NCBI GenBank assembly: GCA_044356455.1
Contig: JBIKWF010000051.1
Location: forward strand, 1-28,577
Length of the DNA stretch: 28,577 nucleotides
Origin: Bdellovibrionota bacterium
Lineage (GTDB): Bacteria > Bdellovibrionota_C > UBA2361 > JBGSMV01
Direction: 5' to 3'
Part shown: positions 17,307 through 26,149 of the stretch, one piece after another
How positions within the stretch are numbered: position 1 is the stretch's first letter
Layout of the letters: every line of letters starts with the position of its first letter
Position numbers and translations under genes: made by a program
Notes under the pieces: model-generated
The model's input: only the letters and a program-made list of their open reading frames with translations
Told to the model about the DNA's origin: nothing
Databases searched by the model: none

Positions 17307-18616
17307 TTATTGAAGATGTTACCGAGGCTATTGGAAATACCCCTCTGCTAAGAATTCCCTCTTCAGTGACGCAGCTCCGAAATATTGATCTGTTTGCAAA
17401 GCTTGAATTTCTCAATCCTTTCGGATCCGTAAAGGATAGAATTGCCTGGGGCATGCTTCGAGAGGCTCTCTCCGGAATAAAAGAGAGGGGGCAGGGAATT
17501 ATCGAAAATTCGAGCGGAAATACTGCCAAGGCACTTGCAGTGCTTGCCAGGCGTCAAGGGGTGCCGTTCAAGCTTGTGAGCGCGATGGTGAAAGTTAAGG
17601 AAACCAAAGACATACTCGCGCTATTAGGCGCTGAGCTTGAGGAGGTTTCGGGTTCACTCAATTGTTACGACCCAAGCGACCCGAACGATCCACAGTATCT
17701 GATTGAACGAGAGGTCGCACGGGCACAAGGCAAGCTTTTTTTTACTTCTCAATTCACTAATCCACGTAACCCTGAAACTCATAAGGAAAGCACGGCTCAA
17801 GAAATCCTACGAGATCTGGGGCGCGTAGATTACTTCTGCTCAGGGTTGGGAACGGCGGGGTCCACTCTTGGAATTGCAGAGGGCTTACGCGAGAGAAACG
17901 CAACGCTTAGACTCGTGGGCATCACCGCGGGAAAGTCCGATTACATCCCGGGGATTCGAACCATCGACCAGTTGCAGGAAGCCGGAATCTTTACGCCTGA
18001 GGCGTATGACGAGATTGTCACCGTAGAATCTTCCGAAGCCATAGATGGGGTGCTGACGCTTATTCGTGAATGCGGCGTATTGGGTGGTCCCTCCTCTGGT
18101 GCGCACTTGAATGGAACTTTAGCGTACCTTAGAAAGGTTGACGCGAGTCTTGCCTCTCGGGCGACTGCAGTGACCATCGTTTGCGATAGAGTGGAATGGT
18201 ATTTGTCCTATCTTCGCGAGCGTAGGCCAGAGCTTTTTAATGAAAAGAAAAAGCCAAGGTCCATTTATTCGCTGACGCCAATGGAAATTTCAAGAGCGCC
18301 TCTTGTCGGGTTTCGCGATGCTGAGCGCTGGGTAACCAACAACGGCGCTCTCGTAATTGATGTGCGCGCTGCTGTGGCTTACGAATCAGGCACGTTCCCG
18401 GGCGCTATTAATATCCCTACGGAGTCTCTTGAAAAACTTCTTGATTCAAGAGTCCCCTTTGTCGGTGAGGAGCGAGCGGTGCTTTTTGTTTGCCCAGTCG
18501 GCGAGCAGTCGAAGCGTTTTGCAGCCCAACTCACTAGAATTGGAGGGCGAGGGTTTAGTTTGGAAGGTGGCCTTGTCTCCTGGCGTAGTGCGCGTGCAGG
18601 GGAGCGGGATCTATGA
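17303..18616 (+). CDS. Cysteine-synthase-family (fold-type II PLP) enzyme fused to C-terminal rhodanese domain
   Basis: IGNTPL, KLEFLNPFGSVKDR, ENSSGNT, GLGTAGS, GPSSGA; then VIDVR...GTFPGAINIP, VCPVGEQS, SLEGG..SW. ATGA overlap with the upstream gene and GGAGG RBS. Confidence 0.93.
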   Translation: MIIEDVTEAIGNTPLLRIPSSVTQLRNIDLFAKLEFLNPFGSVKDRIAWGMLREALSGIKERGQGIIENSSGNTAKALAVLARRQGVPFKLVSAMVKVKETKDILALLGAELEEVSGSLNCYDPSDPNDPQYLIEREVARAQGKLFFTSQFTNPRNPETHKESTAQEILRDLGRVDYFCSGLGTAGSTLGIAEGLRERNATLRLVGITAGKSDYIPGIRTIDQLQEAGIFTPEAYDEIVTVESSEAIDGVLTLIRECGVLGGPSSGAHLNGTLAYLRKVDASLASRATAVTIVCDRVEWYLSYLRERRPELFNEKKKPRSIYSLTPMEISRAPLVGFRDAERWVTNNGALVIDVRAAVAYESGTFPGAINIPTESLEKLLDSRVPFVGEERAVLFVCPVGEQSKRFAAQLTRIGGRGFSLEGGLVSWRSARAGERDL

Positions 18617-18729
18617 TGGACTACCGGGAGAGGGCGCCAAGGTAAAAGAAGCGAGTCCCGTGGCAGTTCGATACACTCTCGTGGAAAGAATATCTCACGG
18701 AGCCGTAGGGGCGCCGCGAGATATTGGGG

Positions 18730-19347
18730 CTATCGTAGTGCTGCCACAATTTGAGGAGCATTCACTAAGCGCTCTAATATCTCGCGTTGCTTCGCTGTCA
18801 CCCTGCGTTCTGACGCGCCTACCGGATTCCAGAAGCTCCCGTCTATGGAATCGTTTCCCTCAACGGCGTTCTTAGCGAGCACTTTGCGGCTTCTATCTTG
18901 AACAGACGCTTCGAGGTGGTAAGTGAAATTTACGTTCGTCATCGTGTCACTTTTCCACTTCTTGATGCGAAGTACGAGGGCGCGGTCCTTAGAAAAAGGT
19001 ACAGTCTCAAGGTTTCCTCTTAGGGGAACCGCGTTCACCTCTGGGCTCGCACCTGACCGGCGAAAGCTCTGAGCGAGAGAGTTTCCTAACTCCTCGGCAA
19101 GCGGCTTGCCACTCTCGGTATGAACTCCATACGGGATACCAAATCCGGCCCGCTGCAAACCAATCCATTGCGGCGTTTTATCCCCACTAAGAACTTCAGG
19201 CCTTTCATCAACGGCAACGATCTGAAGCGAACGAGAACCAACATTGGGAACCGATACCGAGGTCGATTGCAGACTCATTTTGGTGCCGAACGCACAGGAT
19301 GAGAGGAGTAGTGATACTGCGATTAAAACGAAGAGGCGTCGGTTCAT
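18730..19347 (-). CDS. Lipoprotein (YajG-like, uncharacterised)
   Basis: GGAGG RBS; lipobox LLSS|C; V.AVDERP motif. Confidence 0.8.
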   Translation of the reverse strand: MNRRLFVLIAVSLLLSSCAFGTKMSLQSTSVSVPNVGSRSLQIVAVDERPEVLSGDKTPQWIGLQRAGFGIPYGVHTESGKPLAEELGNSLAQSFRRSGASPEVNAVPLRGNLETVPFSKDRALVLRIKKWKSDTMTNVNFTYHLEASVQDRSRKVLAKNAVEGNDSIDGSFWNPVGASERRVTAKQREILERLVNAPQIVAALR

Positions 19348-19502
19348 GAGTCCCTCCAGGAAGAGTTTAGGTCAGTTATTTCTACTTAATTCTACTTTCT
19401 GAGGCCAGATGGAGAGGTGCGCGAACCTTACTCTTCGGCTCAGTTCCGCTATTACCCTTAACGAGTATGGTGGCGTTGTCCACTACGAGAAGGGAATTTG
19501 CT

Positions 19503-20150
19503 ATGCAACGGTCACTCTTGGGCACGCTCGGGGCTACGGCTGCACTTGCTTTGGCTTCAACTTCGTTTGCCACTCCTCAAGTAGCAGACCAACCACTTGA
19601 TACCTCGAGCAGTGTCCTTAGCTTACGCGGCGCTTTGTCTGGGGTTCAGCCTCCTCGCTATGATGGGCCCGTAAAGTGGGACTCCGGTTCTCGAACGTCC
19701 GGCACAGGCTATCTCCTTGGTGGCGCTGCGCTCGGACTATTTGGGGGCGCGTTTCTCGCGGTAGGACTCACCCCTAAACACGATTACCGCGGGACAGAAA
19801 AGGTCCTGGCAGGTGCCATGATTGGTATGGTGCTTGGATTCGGAGCGGGAGGGATGGGTATCTCGAACTCTCCAAAGGCTATCGAGTTTCAGACTACTGT
19901 AGGTGAAGTGGTGGATGGAACTGCTCCCCACACTGAAATGGTGAGAGTGCAAAGTGGGAAAACATCGCATCTGCGGGAGCAGGGACCATACTTTGGGCAA
20001 ATTATCGCGATCCCAGAATCAGATTTTATATTAGCTGCCAATAGCTATCAGTCCCCACTGGTTCTTGGACAGAAAATTAATGCGACCTTCTTTGTGGATA
20101 AAGCGGATAATTCAATTTTATCTTGGTCAGCGGTTGCTGCTCCGCGCTAG
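19503..20150 (+). CDS. Hypothetical exported/membrane protein
   Basis: AAGGGA RBS; signal peptide ending SFA; two Gly-rich TM segments; small beta-rich C-terminal domain. Confidence 0.7.
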   Translation: MQRSLLGTLGATAALALASTSFATPQVADQPLDTSSSVLSLRGALSGVQPPRYDGPVKWDSGSRTSGTGYLLGGAALGLFGGAFLAVGLTPKHDYRGTEKVLAGAMIGMVLGFGAGGMGISNSPKAIEFQTTVGEVVDGTAPHTEMVRVQSGKTSHLREQGPYFGQIIAIPESDFILAANSYQSPLVLGQKINATFFVDKADNSILSWSAVAAPR

Positions 20151-20166
20151 CGAGGCAGAAGTTCCT

Positions 20167-20317
20167 TAGGTAGGGCGCGCCGTCCCCGGCGTGCCGATTC
20201 AACGGCTAGGGTTCACCCATGAGAGGTTCTGATTGCCCATTAGCGGAGTGGGGAAATACAGGCCACGTGCCAGTGCGAGAGATCTTGCGGCACCCTGGGG
20301 ACAGGGAGCCCTACCTA
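20167..20317. repeat. GTAG-type REP pair (REPIN-like)
   Basis: 30-bp arms TAGGTAGGGCGCGCCGTCCCCGGCGTGCCG (20167-20196) and its inverted partner (20288-20317), 5 mismatches, 91-bp spacer. Each arm is itself an imperfect palindrome following GTAG. Confidence 0.8.
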
Positions 20318-20440
20318 TATGGTTCAATGGCTCGCTAGCCCCCTACGGGGCACACTCCTAGGAGAATTTCTTAAGTTACCTAAACACTCAAAGTCGCCAC
20401 AACCTCTGCAAAGTTTGAGGATATTCTATCCCAAGAGAAG

Positions 20441-20791
20441 GTGATCATGGGCGCGGTGGCAGAATTAGAGGATTCAGAATTAGATTCAGAAGTGCAAAGT
20501 AACACCCGTGGAGTGGCTTCGCGTGTGAGCGCGGCGCGCCAACCCGGGTTTGCGCCAGGAGTGGATACTCTTGGTTCGTTGGGAATTGCCGTTGATAAGA
20601 GAGCTGGACTTCAGCGCAGTGTTTCCAAGGCTCCGTTTTGTGACGCAAATAATCCTACTGCAGGAAGAGAAGAGGCTTCGATTCACGCGCCTCAGCAGCC
20701 TGAGCTAAGAGCGGCGACTTCAGCTGAAATAAAGAGTGCCGCCGCGTGTCTTTCCATGCAGCGCGACGATAGTTTGGCCGGTAGGGCGTGA
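20441..20791 (+). CDS. Hypothetical protein
   Basis: 116-aa low-structure ORF with AGAAGGT upstream of the ATG; GTGA overlap with the next ORF. Confidence 0.45.
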   Translation: MIMGAVAELEDSELDSEVQSNTRGVASRVSAARQPGFAPGVDTLGSLGIAVDKRAGLQRSVSKAPFCDANNPTAGREEASIHAPQQPELRAATSAEIKSAAACLSMQRDDSLAGRA

Positions 20792-21339
20792 GCCTTGTCG
20801 ACTCCCTGGGCTCATGGGGCGACAGGCGAGGTCTCGGGCCCACAAGAAGATCAGATAAAGTTGAAGGCGCAGACTTGACGCATCAAGCAGGCGTGAAGGC
20901 GGATTTTGAACACACAAGGTCTCAAGCTACCGACGCGTTGTTTCGCGAAATGAATGGCCAGCCTGATGTTCCCCGAGTCCCAAGCGGAGTTGCTCCCGGC
21001 AAATGGCTTGGAGTAGTGAGTAAAGCTGCTACCGTAGCCGATGGATTAAGCGGAGCTATGTCCGTAATTGTCCAGTTTCACCGCGACCGAGAGCGTTGTG
21101 ATTCGTCTTATCTGGGAACCATCAAAGAGGTCGGTTTCTCTGGTGCTCAGATTCTCTCTGGAGTGATCAGTGGAAATAGCGCGATGGCAGTTGCGGGAGG
21201 CTTAGCCTACGGCATGGGGGCCGCGACGGCTTCCGCGGGCATCATGGCTGTTTCCGCAGGTGTGCTAGTGGGGCTCGGAGTTTCTTATGTCGTGGGCAAA
21301 GGGTTCGATTGGGCGAGGGAGCGCTGGGGGAGTCCGTAA
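20788..21339 (+). CDS. Hypothetical protein with Gly/Ala-rich hydrophobic C-terminal hairpin (pore-former-like)
   Basis: GKWLGVVSKAATVADG...AVAGGLAYGMGAATASAGIMAVSAGVLVGLGVSYVVGKGFDW. Confidence 0.6.
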   Translation: MSLVDSLGSWGDRRGLGPTRRSDKVEGADLTHQAGVKADFEHTRSQATDALFREMNGQPDVPRVPSGVAPGKWLGVVSKAATVADGLSGAMSVIVQFHRDRERCDSSYLGTIKEVGFSGAQILSGVISGNSAMAVAGGLAYGMGAATASAGIMAVSAGVLVGLGVSYVVGKGFDWARERWGSP

Positions 21340-21373
21340 TGGGCGGCGCCTCGTCCTGCCATCTCCAGACCAA

Positions 21374-21803
21374 TTAGTCATGATAACGAGGATTCACCCG
21401 GATCTGATCGCCACTCCGTTTTAGTCCTAAGGTTTGTAAGGAGCTTGCAACCTTTGAGGCGTAGACGGGAATCCCGAATTGAGATCTCAACGTGTCCGCA
21501 ATGCCGCCTTGAATATCGCCGTAGCACATTTCAAGTACGAGAGCCGTTTCGGCGCGGCGCAGGCGATGCGCAATCGCTTCGATCGCAGCTGCGTAACGGA
21601 CTTGAAGCGCCGGTCCCCTCAGGCAATTTCTTAACTGGCTCGTAAACTTATCAAGTGAGTACCCGGGTTCCCCCGTGTCAGCAGCAAAGTAGCGGTCAGC
21701 CTGCACGTAGTTAGGTTTGCAGAGCCTCGATTGCCTGAGCGTAGGGTATAGCAGCAGTTTTGCGTGTGCTTTGGGGGAGTTGTGGGGCAGGGCCGAGAGT
21801 CAT
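21374..21803 (-). pseudogene. Probable frameshifted hypothetical gene
   Basis: ATG 21803 gives MTLGPAPQLPQSTRKTAAIPYAQAIEALQT* (stop 21711-21713). An overlapping frame without its own ATG continues to 21374. YAQAIEAL is echoed by YAAAIEAI downstream. Confidence 0.45.
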
Positions 21804-22057
21804 AGAAACATCTAAATTAGGGGAAGGGATAATAGCGCAGAGCAGCGCGCTATTCGAGTATTGCTGGTATTCCTGCGCAGAAGTTCCCTCGTAGGGGAAT
21901 TTTCGGTCTTGCGGAGCGCAGCCTCATAAGACTAACTACCCTATGCAATTTGTCTTTTTGGGGCAAAACACGAGGGGACCTTCCTAACCCCGCGCGGTTT
22001 GGCAGGTATGTCTAAATCCTTGGCTTAGAGGATTTCCCGCAGTTAAGAGGAATAACC

Positions 22058-22441
22058 ATGAAAATTGCAGTGGTGATTGTACGCACGTTGATGGGACTGC
22101 TCTTTCTCTTTGCTTCCATAAGCTATCTCGCCAACCTAGTGCCCCAGCCAGAGCTATCGGGAAATGTTAAGCTATTCATGGATGGCATGCTGGCAACTGG
22201 CTACATGATGACGCTCATTAAAGGGACTGAGCTTGTGTGCGGAATTGCATTTGTTACGGGTAGGTTCGTGCCGCTCGCCATGCTTGTCATAACTCCAGTG
22301 ATTGTGAACATCTTTCTCTTTCACCTTTTTGTAGAGACTTCAGGGCTGCCGGTCGGGGTTGCTCTTGTACTTGGAAATCTCTTTCTTGCCCATGCCCATT
22401 GGGGAACTTTTAAGCCGCTGCTTTCTGCTCGCAGTGCTTGA
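22058..22441 (+). CDS. DoxX-family membrane protein
   Basis: GAGGA RBS; R.LMGL.F, F...M.ATGY....K..E..CG, RFVPLA....P..VNI..FH motifs; four TM segments. Confidence 0.9.
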   Translation: MKIAVVIVRTLMGLLFLFASISYLANLVPQPELSGNVKLFMDGMLATGYMMTLIKGTELVCGIAFVTGRFVPLAMLVITPVIVNIFLFHLFVETSGLPVGVALVLGNLFLAHAHWGTFKPLLSARSA

Positions 22442-22550
22442 GGAGCATGCGGTAAGTTTTTGAGAGGTCCGCATTACAAACCGCTCTGTGCAAAAGTATG
22501 AGAAGTCCCGGGAGGCTGTTCGGGTGGCGACAGATTCGGTGCTTGAGTCT

Positions 22551-22666
22551 ACCCCCATTCTTAATACACCTCTGTGTACCTCCGTGCTCTCTGTGGTGAA
22601 TTCCTTCATGAAACTTTCACCAAAAAGGGCGAAAAGGTATACAGAGGTGAGTTTTTCAGAGGTTCC
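22551..22666. mobile_element. Second (left-truncated) copy of the foldback MITE
   Basis: Colinear with 363-478, 99/116 identical by manual count. Retains the right TIR GTTTTTCAGAGGTTCC followed by TTAG; the left TIR is absent. Confidence 0.85.
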
Positions 22667-22732
22667 TTAGATTATTTGAGTTCCTCCTCTTACTGTCTTT
22701 GGCTTCGCGAGCATGCGGGAATGAGGTCTTCG

Positions 22733-23923
22733 ATGTTGGAAAAGAAGCAGACACTTGTTGTTGGTGCTGGTGTGGGAGGACTCGCCGCCTCAATTTTTCT
22801 AAGGAGAATTGGGCACCAGGTCGCCATCTTTGAGCAGGCTGAAGCGCTAGGCCCCGTGGGTGCTGGAATTCTACTCCCTCCTGCCGGGCAAGCCGTTCTT
22901 CGTGAACTTGGGCTTCTTGAGCGGGTGAAAGGAGACAGCGCGGTAATCAGCCGTGTTCGAGCAGAGCAATCCTCTGGTTCTAGAATTCTTGATCTGCGTT
23001 ATGAATCACTCAGTCCGTCTCTTCGTGCCCTAGGGACACCGCGCCATGTTCTGTTTAACGCTCTTCGCGAGGAGGCAGAGCGCTCAGGAGTTGCAATCGT
23101 TCCGAATAGCTGTGTTGAGGCATTACATCCGATGACCGATGGCGCTCGTGTGACCACTCGCGATGGACGCGAGTCTCATTATCCGCTCGTGGTGGTCGCT
23201 GATGGGAGCAGGAGCCACTTAGGGCAATCTCTTGGACTTAGACGCCTGGCCATCGAGTACTCTCATGAGGCTCTCTGGACTACTGGCGAGATTGACTCTC
23301 CCTCTCAGGACTTTCTGCTTCAACGCATGAGTGGCGTACGGCGGCTTTCTGGACTACTTCCGCTGGGGAAGGGCCAAGCAAGTTTCTTCTGGGGGATGAG
23401 AAAAGACGAGGTTCTTAGCGATTGGGATAGTTTTAAGGCTGAGGCCCTCGCTCTGATGCCTGAGGCGAGCAGAATTATTGAGAGACTAAGCGCCGATCAC
23501 GTTGCCACGCGCGTAGGCTATAGAACTACGCTGCATTACCCTTGGTATCGGGGCAATGTCGTGCTTCTTGGAGACGCCGCACACTCGATGCCGCCTCACC
23601 TCGGCCAGGGCGCAAGTCTCGCGCTTGTAGATGCGGCTAGGTTAGGTCGGGCGCTTCGTGCCTTCCCGAGCGATCACCAGGCCGCCTTTTCAAGTTATCA
23701 GCGCGATCGGTTTTGGAAGTCGTTGTATTATACCGCCGCCTCTCTGGTTACTTCCCCGTTCTTTCAGTCTGATTGGGGTGTCTTGGCATCATTTCGAAAT
23801 TTTGTTCTTCCGCTGCTTCAACGCTTCCCCTGGATTGAGCGCCAGATGGTTTCCACTATGAGCGGTCTTAAAGCAAAGTTGTTCGTGACCCGCATGCGAG
23901 AGGATGAGCTTGGGAGCCTCTGA
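22733..23923 (+). CDS. FAD-dependent monooxygenase (UbiH/salicylate-hydroxylase-like)
   Basis: VVGAGVGGL, VGAGI.L, VVADGSRS, LLGDAAHSMPPHLGQGAS motifs; GAGGT RBS before ATG 22733 (22721 is an alternative). Confidence 0.92.
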   Translation: MLEKKQTLVVGAGVGGLAASIFLRRIGHQVAIFEQAEALGPVGAGILLPPAGQAVLRELGLLERVKGDSAVISRVRAEQSSGSRILDLRYESLSPSLRALGTPRHVLFNALREEAERSGVAIVPNSCVEALHPMTDGARVTTRDGRESHYPLVVVADGSRSHLGQSLGLRRLAIEYSHEALWTTGEIDSPSQDFLLQRMSGVRRLSGLLPLGKGQASFFWGMRKDEVLSDWDSFKAEALALMPEASRIIERLSADHVATRVGYRTTLHYPWYRGNVVLLGDAAHSMPPHLGQGASLALVDAARLGRALRAFPSDHQAAFSSYQRDRFWKSLYYTAASLVTSPFFQSDWGVLASFRNFVLPLLQRFPWIERQMVSTMSGLKAKLFVTRMREDELGSL

Positions 23924-23997
23924 AGAATTTGGTTTTTTTTGGGGGGGGGGGCAACCACTAAGGACACGAAGGAGAGGGACTTTTTCAGGCAGGGCTC
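23913..23997. mobile_element. Degenerate MITE-related remnant
   Basis: GGAGCCTCTGAAGAA (left-TIR-like; contains the monooxygenase stop codon), T8G11 tract, ACCACTAAGGACACGAAG, then TTTTTCAGGCAGGGCTC (interrupted right-TIR-like). Confidence 0.5.
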
Positions 23998-24046
23998 GTA
24001 TGTCATCCTGGATCCAGCTTTCGTCTTGTGGTGATTAGGATCGATT

Positions 24047-24421
24047 ATGCAGCCCAAATTTTTCCAGACATTCCTTGCGCCGTTTCTTGTACTCCTTCTT
24101 CTTGTTTGGTTGTCTGGCTGTAAGAGTTATCTGGTTGAAGACGGAAAAATAACCGTCATCAATGACTCGAGAGACTCAGAGTATAATACCCTTCAGATCT
24201 CTGGCAGCGGCTTCTCGCATGAACTCGACCCCGGCGAGTTTGCGATTCTTCCTAAAGGTACAAGGTCAATTTACTTTTCTCGGATTTATAAGGACTACAC
24301 GCGGTCCTACGAGGTGCGTTGTCCTGAAGTAGAGGGCTCCGGCATTCGCATGAAACTTATTGATGTGCACGTAAATCGAATTGCTGGCGGTTGTGAGACG
24401 GTTGCTTCTAGCAAGGGCTAG
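24047..24421 (+). CDS. Lipoprotein, hypothetical
   Basis: AGGA RBS; lipobox LSG|C; small beta-rich domain with two further Cys. Confidence 0.8.
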   Translation: MQPKFFQTFLAPFLVLLLLVWLSGCKSYLVEDGKITVINDSRDSEYNTLQISGSGFSHELDPGEFAILPKGTRSIYFSRIYKDYTRSYEVRCPEVEGSGIRMKLIDVHVNRIAGGCETVASSKG

Positions 24422-24438
24422 CGCCTCATCACGGTACG

Positions 24439-25803
24439 CTACTGAGGCCGAGGAGGCAGGGCTATTCCCTTTTCTGACACCCACGCGAGAAAATCCTCGC
24501 GCACCTCTTGATGGTATTCAAAAAGCACCGCATTTAGGTATTCCAGAGGAATGCCTTCTTCTGTGAATATCTGAAGCATGCGTAGTGCAGCATCGCACTC
24601 GCCTGCTTGATTGTCCAAATCACTTGGCCTCGCATACCTTTTTAGACGCTCTTCAGCGACTACGTATTGGGCTGAGAGAGGGCAGAGAAGAGAGTCTTGC
24701 ATGCGATCTCTTTCGGAGTCGTTCCCCTCGCGAGCAGCATCTGCGCACCGCTTTTCGGCTTGGAGAATCTGCTGAGCGTGAATGAGCTCCTCAATGTAAA
24801 TTACGAGCATCCCTCGCAGAATATGTTTCTCAGCCTCAATATCGGGCGAGAGCATGCGCCTCACGCCATCGTGCCTTACCACAAGTGGAGCGCCAATATC
24901 GAAGGTACTTGGTCGACCGCCGCGTGAGTTGAATACTCCAACATCTTCTATGATGCGATTCAGTATCTCTGAGGGCGGGGTAGAGGCGATTTCTTTTTCC
25001 GGTATCAGAGTGGTAGCCTCGGCGCATGGCGGTACCGGGAAGCCAGTAAGGGGGCCAAGGACTTTCGTGTTGACGGCCAAACCTCCAAGAGATGCGCTCA
25101 TCTTATCAGGGGAAAGGAGAGATCGAGAAGTGTCGCGAATAATTCTTTCAAGAAGAGCCGTGCGTTGCTCATAGTCGTCTGTTGCGAGAGGAGCGAGGCG
25201 TCGTAGGTCTTCCCACAGCGCAAGTCCCGCTGCATAGCCCTGAAAGATAGCTTGAGAGACTCGACTGTCGGGATACATTCTGCGGAATTGAAGATTGAAT
25301 TGTAGCTCAACATCTTCGGCGGTTACTGTGCTAGGATCCCCTGGCGGTATCTCAATCTGTGAAGAGGCTGCCCAAGCTTCTTGGCGAATAACTCTGCGTG
25401 TGACAGCAATCTGACGGGCGGTCAGGAGACCCTCCTCAATTCCTTGGACAATCCGTGCTATCTCTGGGCACCAGGCGGCATCATTGGCGGCGATGTAAGC
25501 TTTAAAAGCATCATACACGGGTGCAGGAAGATTTCGAGACAGCACTTCTCGTTCAGGTACCGGAATCGAGGCTCTGTTCGCTGAGTTTCTGAGGCAGGAA
25601 AGTGCCGATTTTCGCTCCTCGGGCGTGAGCTGCAGTTTGAGCAGAGGCTCTCCTTCAGACCGATAGTTCCAACCAGTGGGAGCGTCTTCGATATTCTTGA
25701 GGACTTGATTGAAAGGGCGGGGGCGCGTCAATTCCGCGCAAGGCACCTCCTGGTGAAGCGAGGGGGGCTGCCCTCGTGTATCCTGCTGAGAAGTATTTGT
25801 CAC
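24439..25803 (-). CDS. Hypothetical protein with EExxH zincin-like motif
   Basis: Long open frame; YIEELIHAQQ followed later by AGECDAA. Start uncertain: the ORF-track start at 25983 lies in a repeat hairpin, so GTG 25803 was chosen. Confidence 0.7.
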   Translation of the reverse strand: MTNTSQQDTRGQPPSLHQEVPCAELTRPRPFNQVLKNIEDAPTGWNYRSEGEPLLKLQLTPEERKSALSCLRNSANRASIPVPEREVLSRNLPAPVYDAFKAYIAANDAAWCPEIARIVQGIEEGLLTARQIAVTRRVIRQEAWAASSQIEIPPGDPSTVTAEDVELQFNLQFRRMYPDSRVSQAIFQGYAAGLALWEDLRRLAPLATDDYEQRTALLERIIRDTSRSLLSPDKMSASLGGLAVNTKVLGPLTGFPVPPCAEATTLIPEKEIASTPPSEILNRIIEDVGVFNSRGGRPSTFDIGAPLVVRHDGVRRMLSPDIEAEKHILRGMLVIYIEELIHAQQILQAEKRCADAAREGNDSERDRMQDSLLCPLSAQYVVAEERLKRYARPSDLDNQAGECDAALRMLQIFTEEGIPLEYLNAVLFEYHQEVREDFLAWVSEKGIALPPRPQ

Positions 25804-25959
25804 AAGTGCCGCGTGTAAAGAAGAATTCTGAAATAAAGCTCTTTGGAGTCCGTCCCGCAGAGAAGTTTCACTACCACATGTAGTGTTGGCAATGGGACAC
25901 GATTCTAGGTTATGGCGAGATCTTCCCCTGCGGCTGCATAGGGCATTGGAATGTTTCCA

Positions 25960-26021
25960 CCACAAAGGACGCAGGGGACACACTCCTAGATTATATTGAG
26001 CGTTCTTTGTGTCCTTGGTGG
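25960..26021. repeat. Imperfect inverted repeat of the CCACAxAGGACACAxAG family
   Basis: CCACAAAGGACGCAGGGGAC (25960-25979) pairs with GTTCTTTGTGTCCTTGGTGG (26002-26021), most differences being G:U compatible. Same motif family as the MITE arms. Confidence 0.6.
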
Positions 26022-26149
26022 CCCACTAATATCTCACATAATTTTAGAGTGTTACGCCGAATAATCTTGGCCTTGTAAGGTTAGGCGCGGTCAAATCAAA
26101 AGTTGCGCATAACTCCCCAGAATTAGAACACAAAGCACCGCGTGTCCCC

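Noticed and set aside
15714..18616. Calling these genes lysA and cysK, or a staphyloferrin-type siderophore cluster
   Set aside because: The motifs fit the Y4yA-like subfamily and a rhodanese fusion rather than housekeeping enzymes; there is no IucA/IucC synthetase, SbnB-like gene or TonB receptor in the window.
18357..18875. 172-aa + strand ORF
   Set aside because: It overlaps two well-supported genes in other frames and has no motif.
25804..25983. MCPLRPLWW... N-terminus resembling the MCPLC protein
   Set aside because: It derives from the inverted-repeat arm at 25960-25979; the similarity is coincidental.
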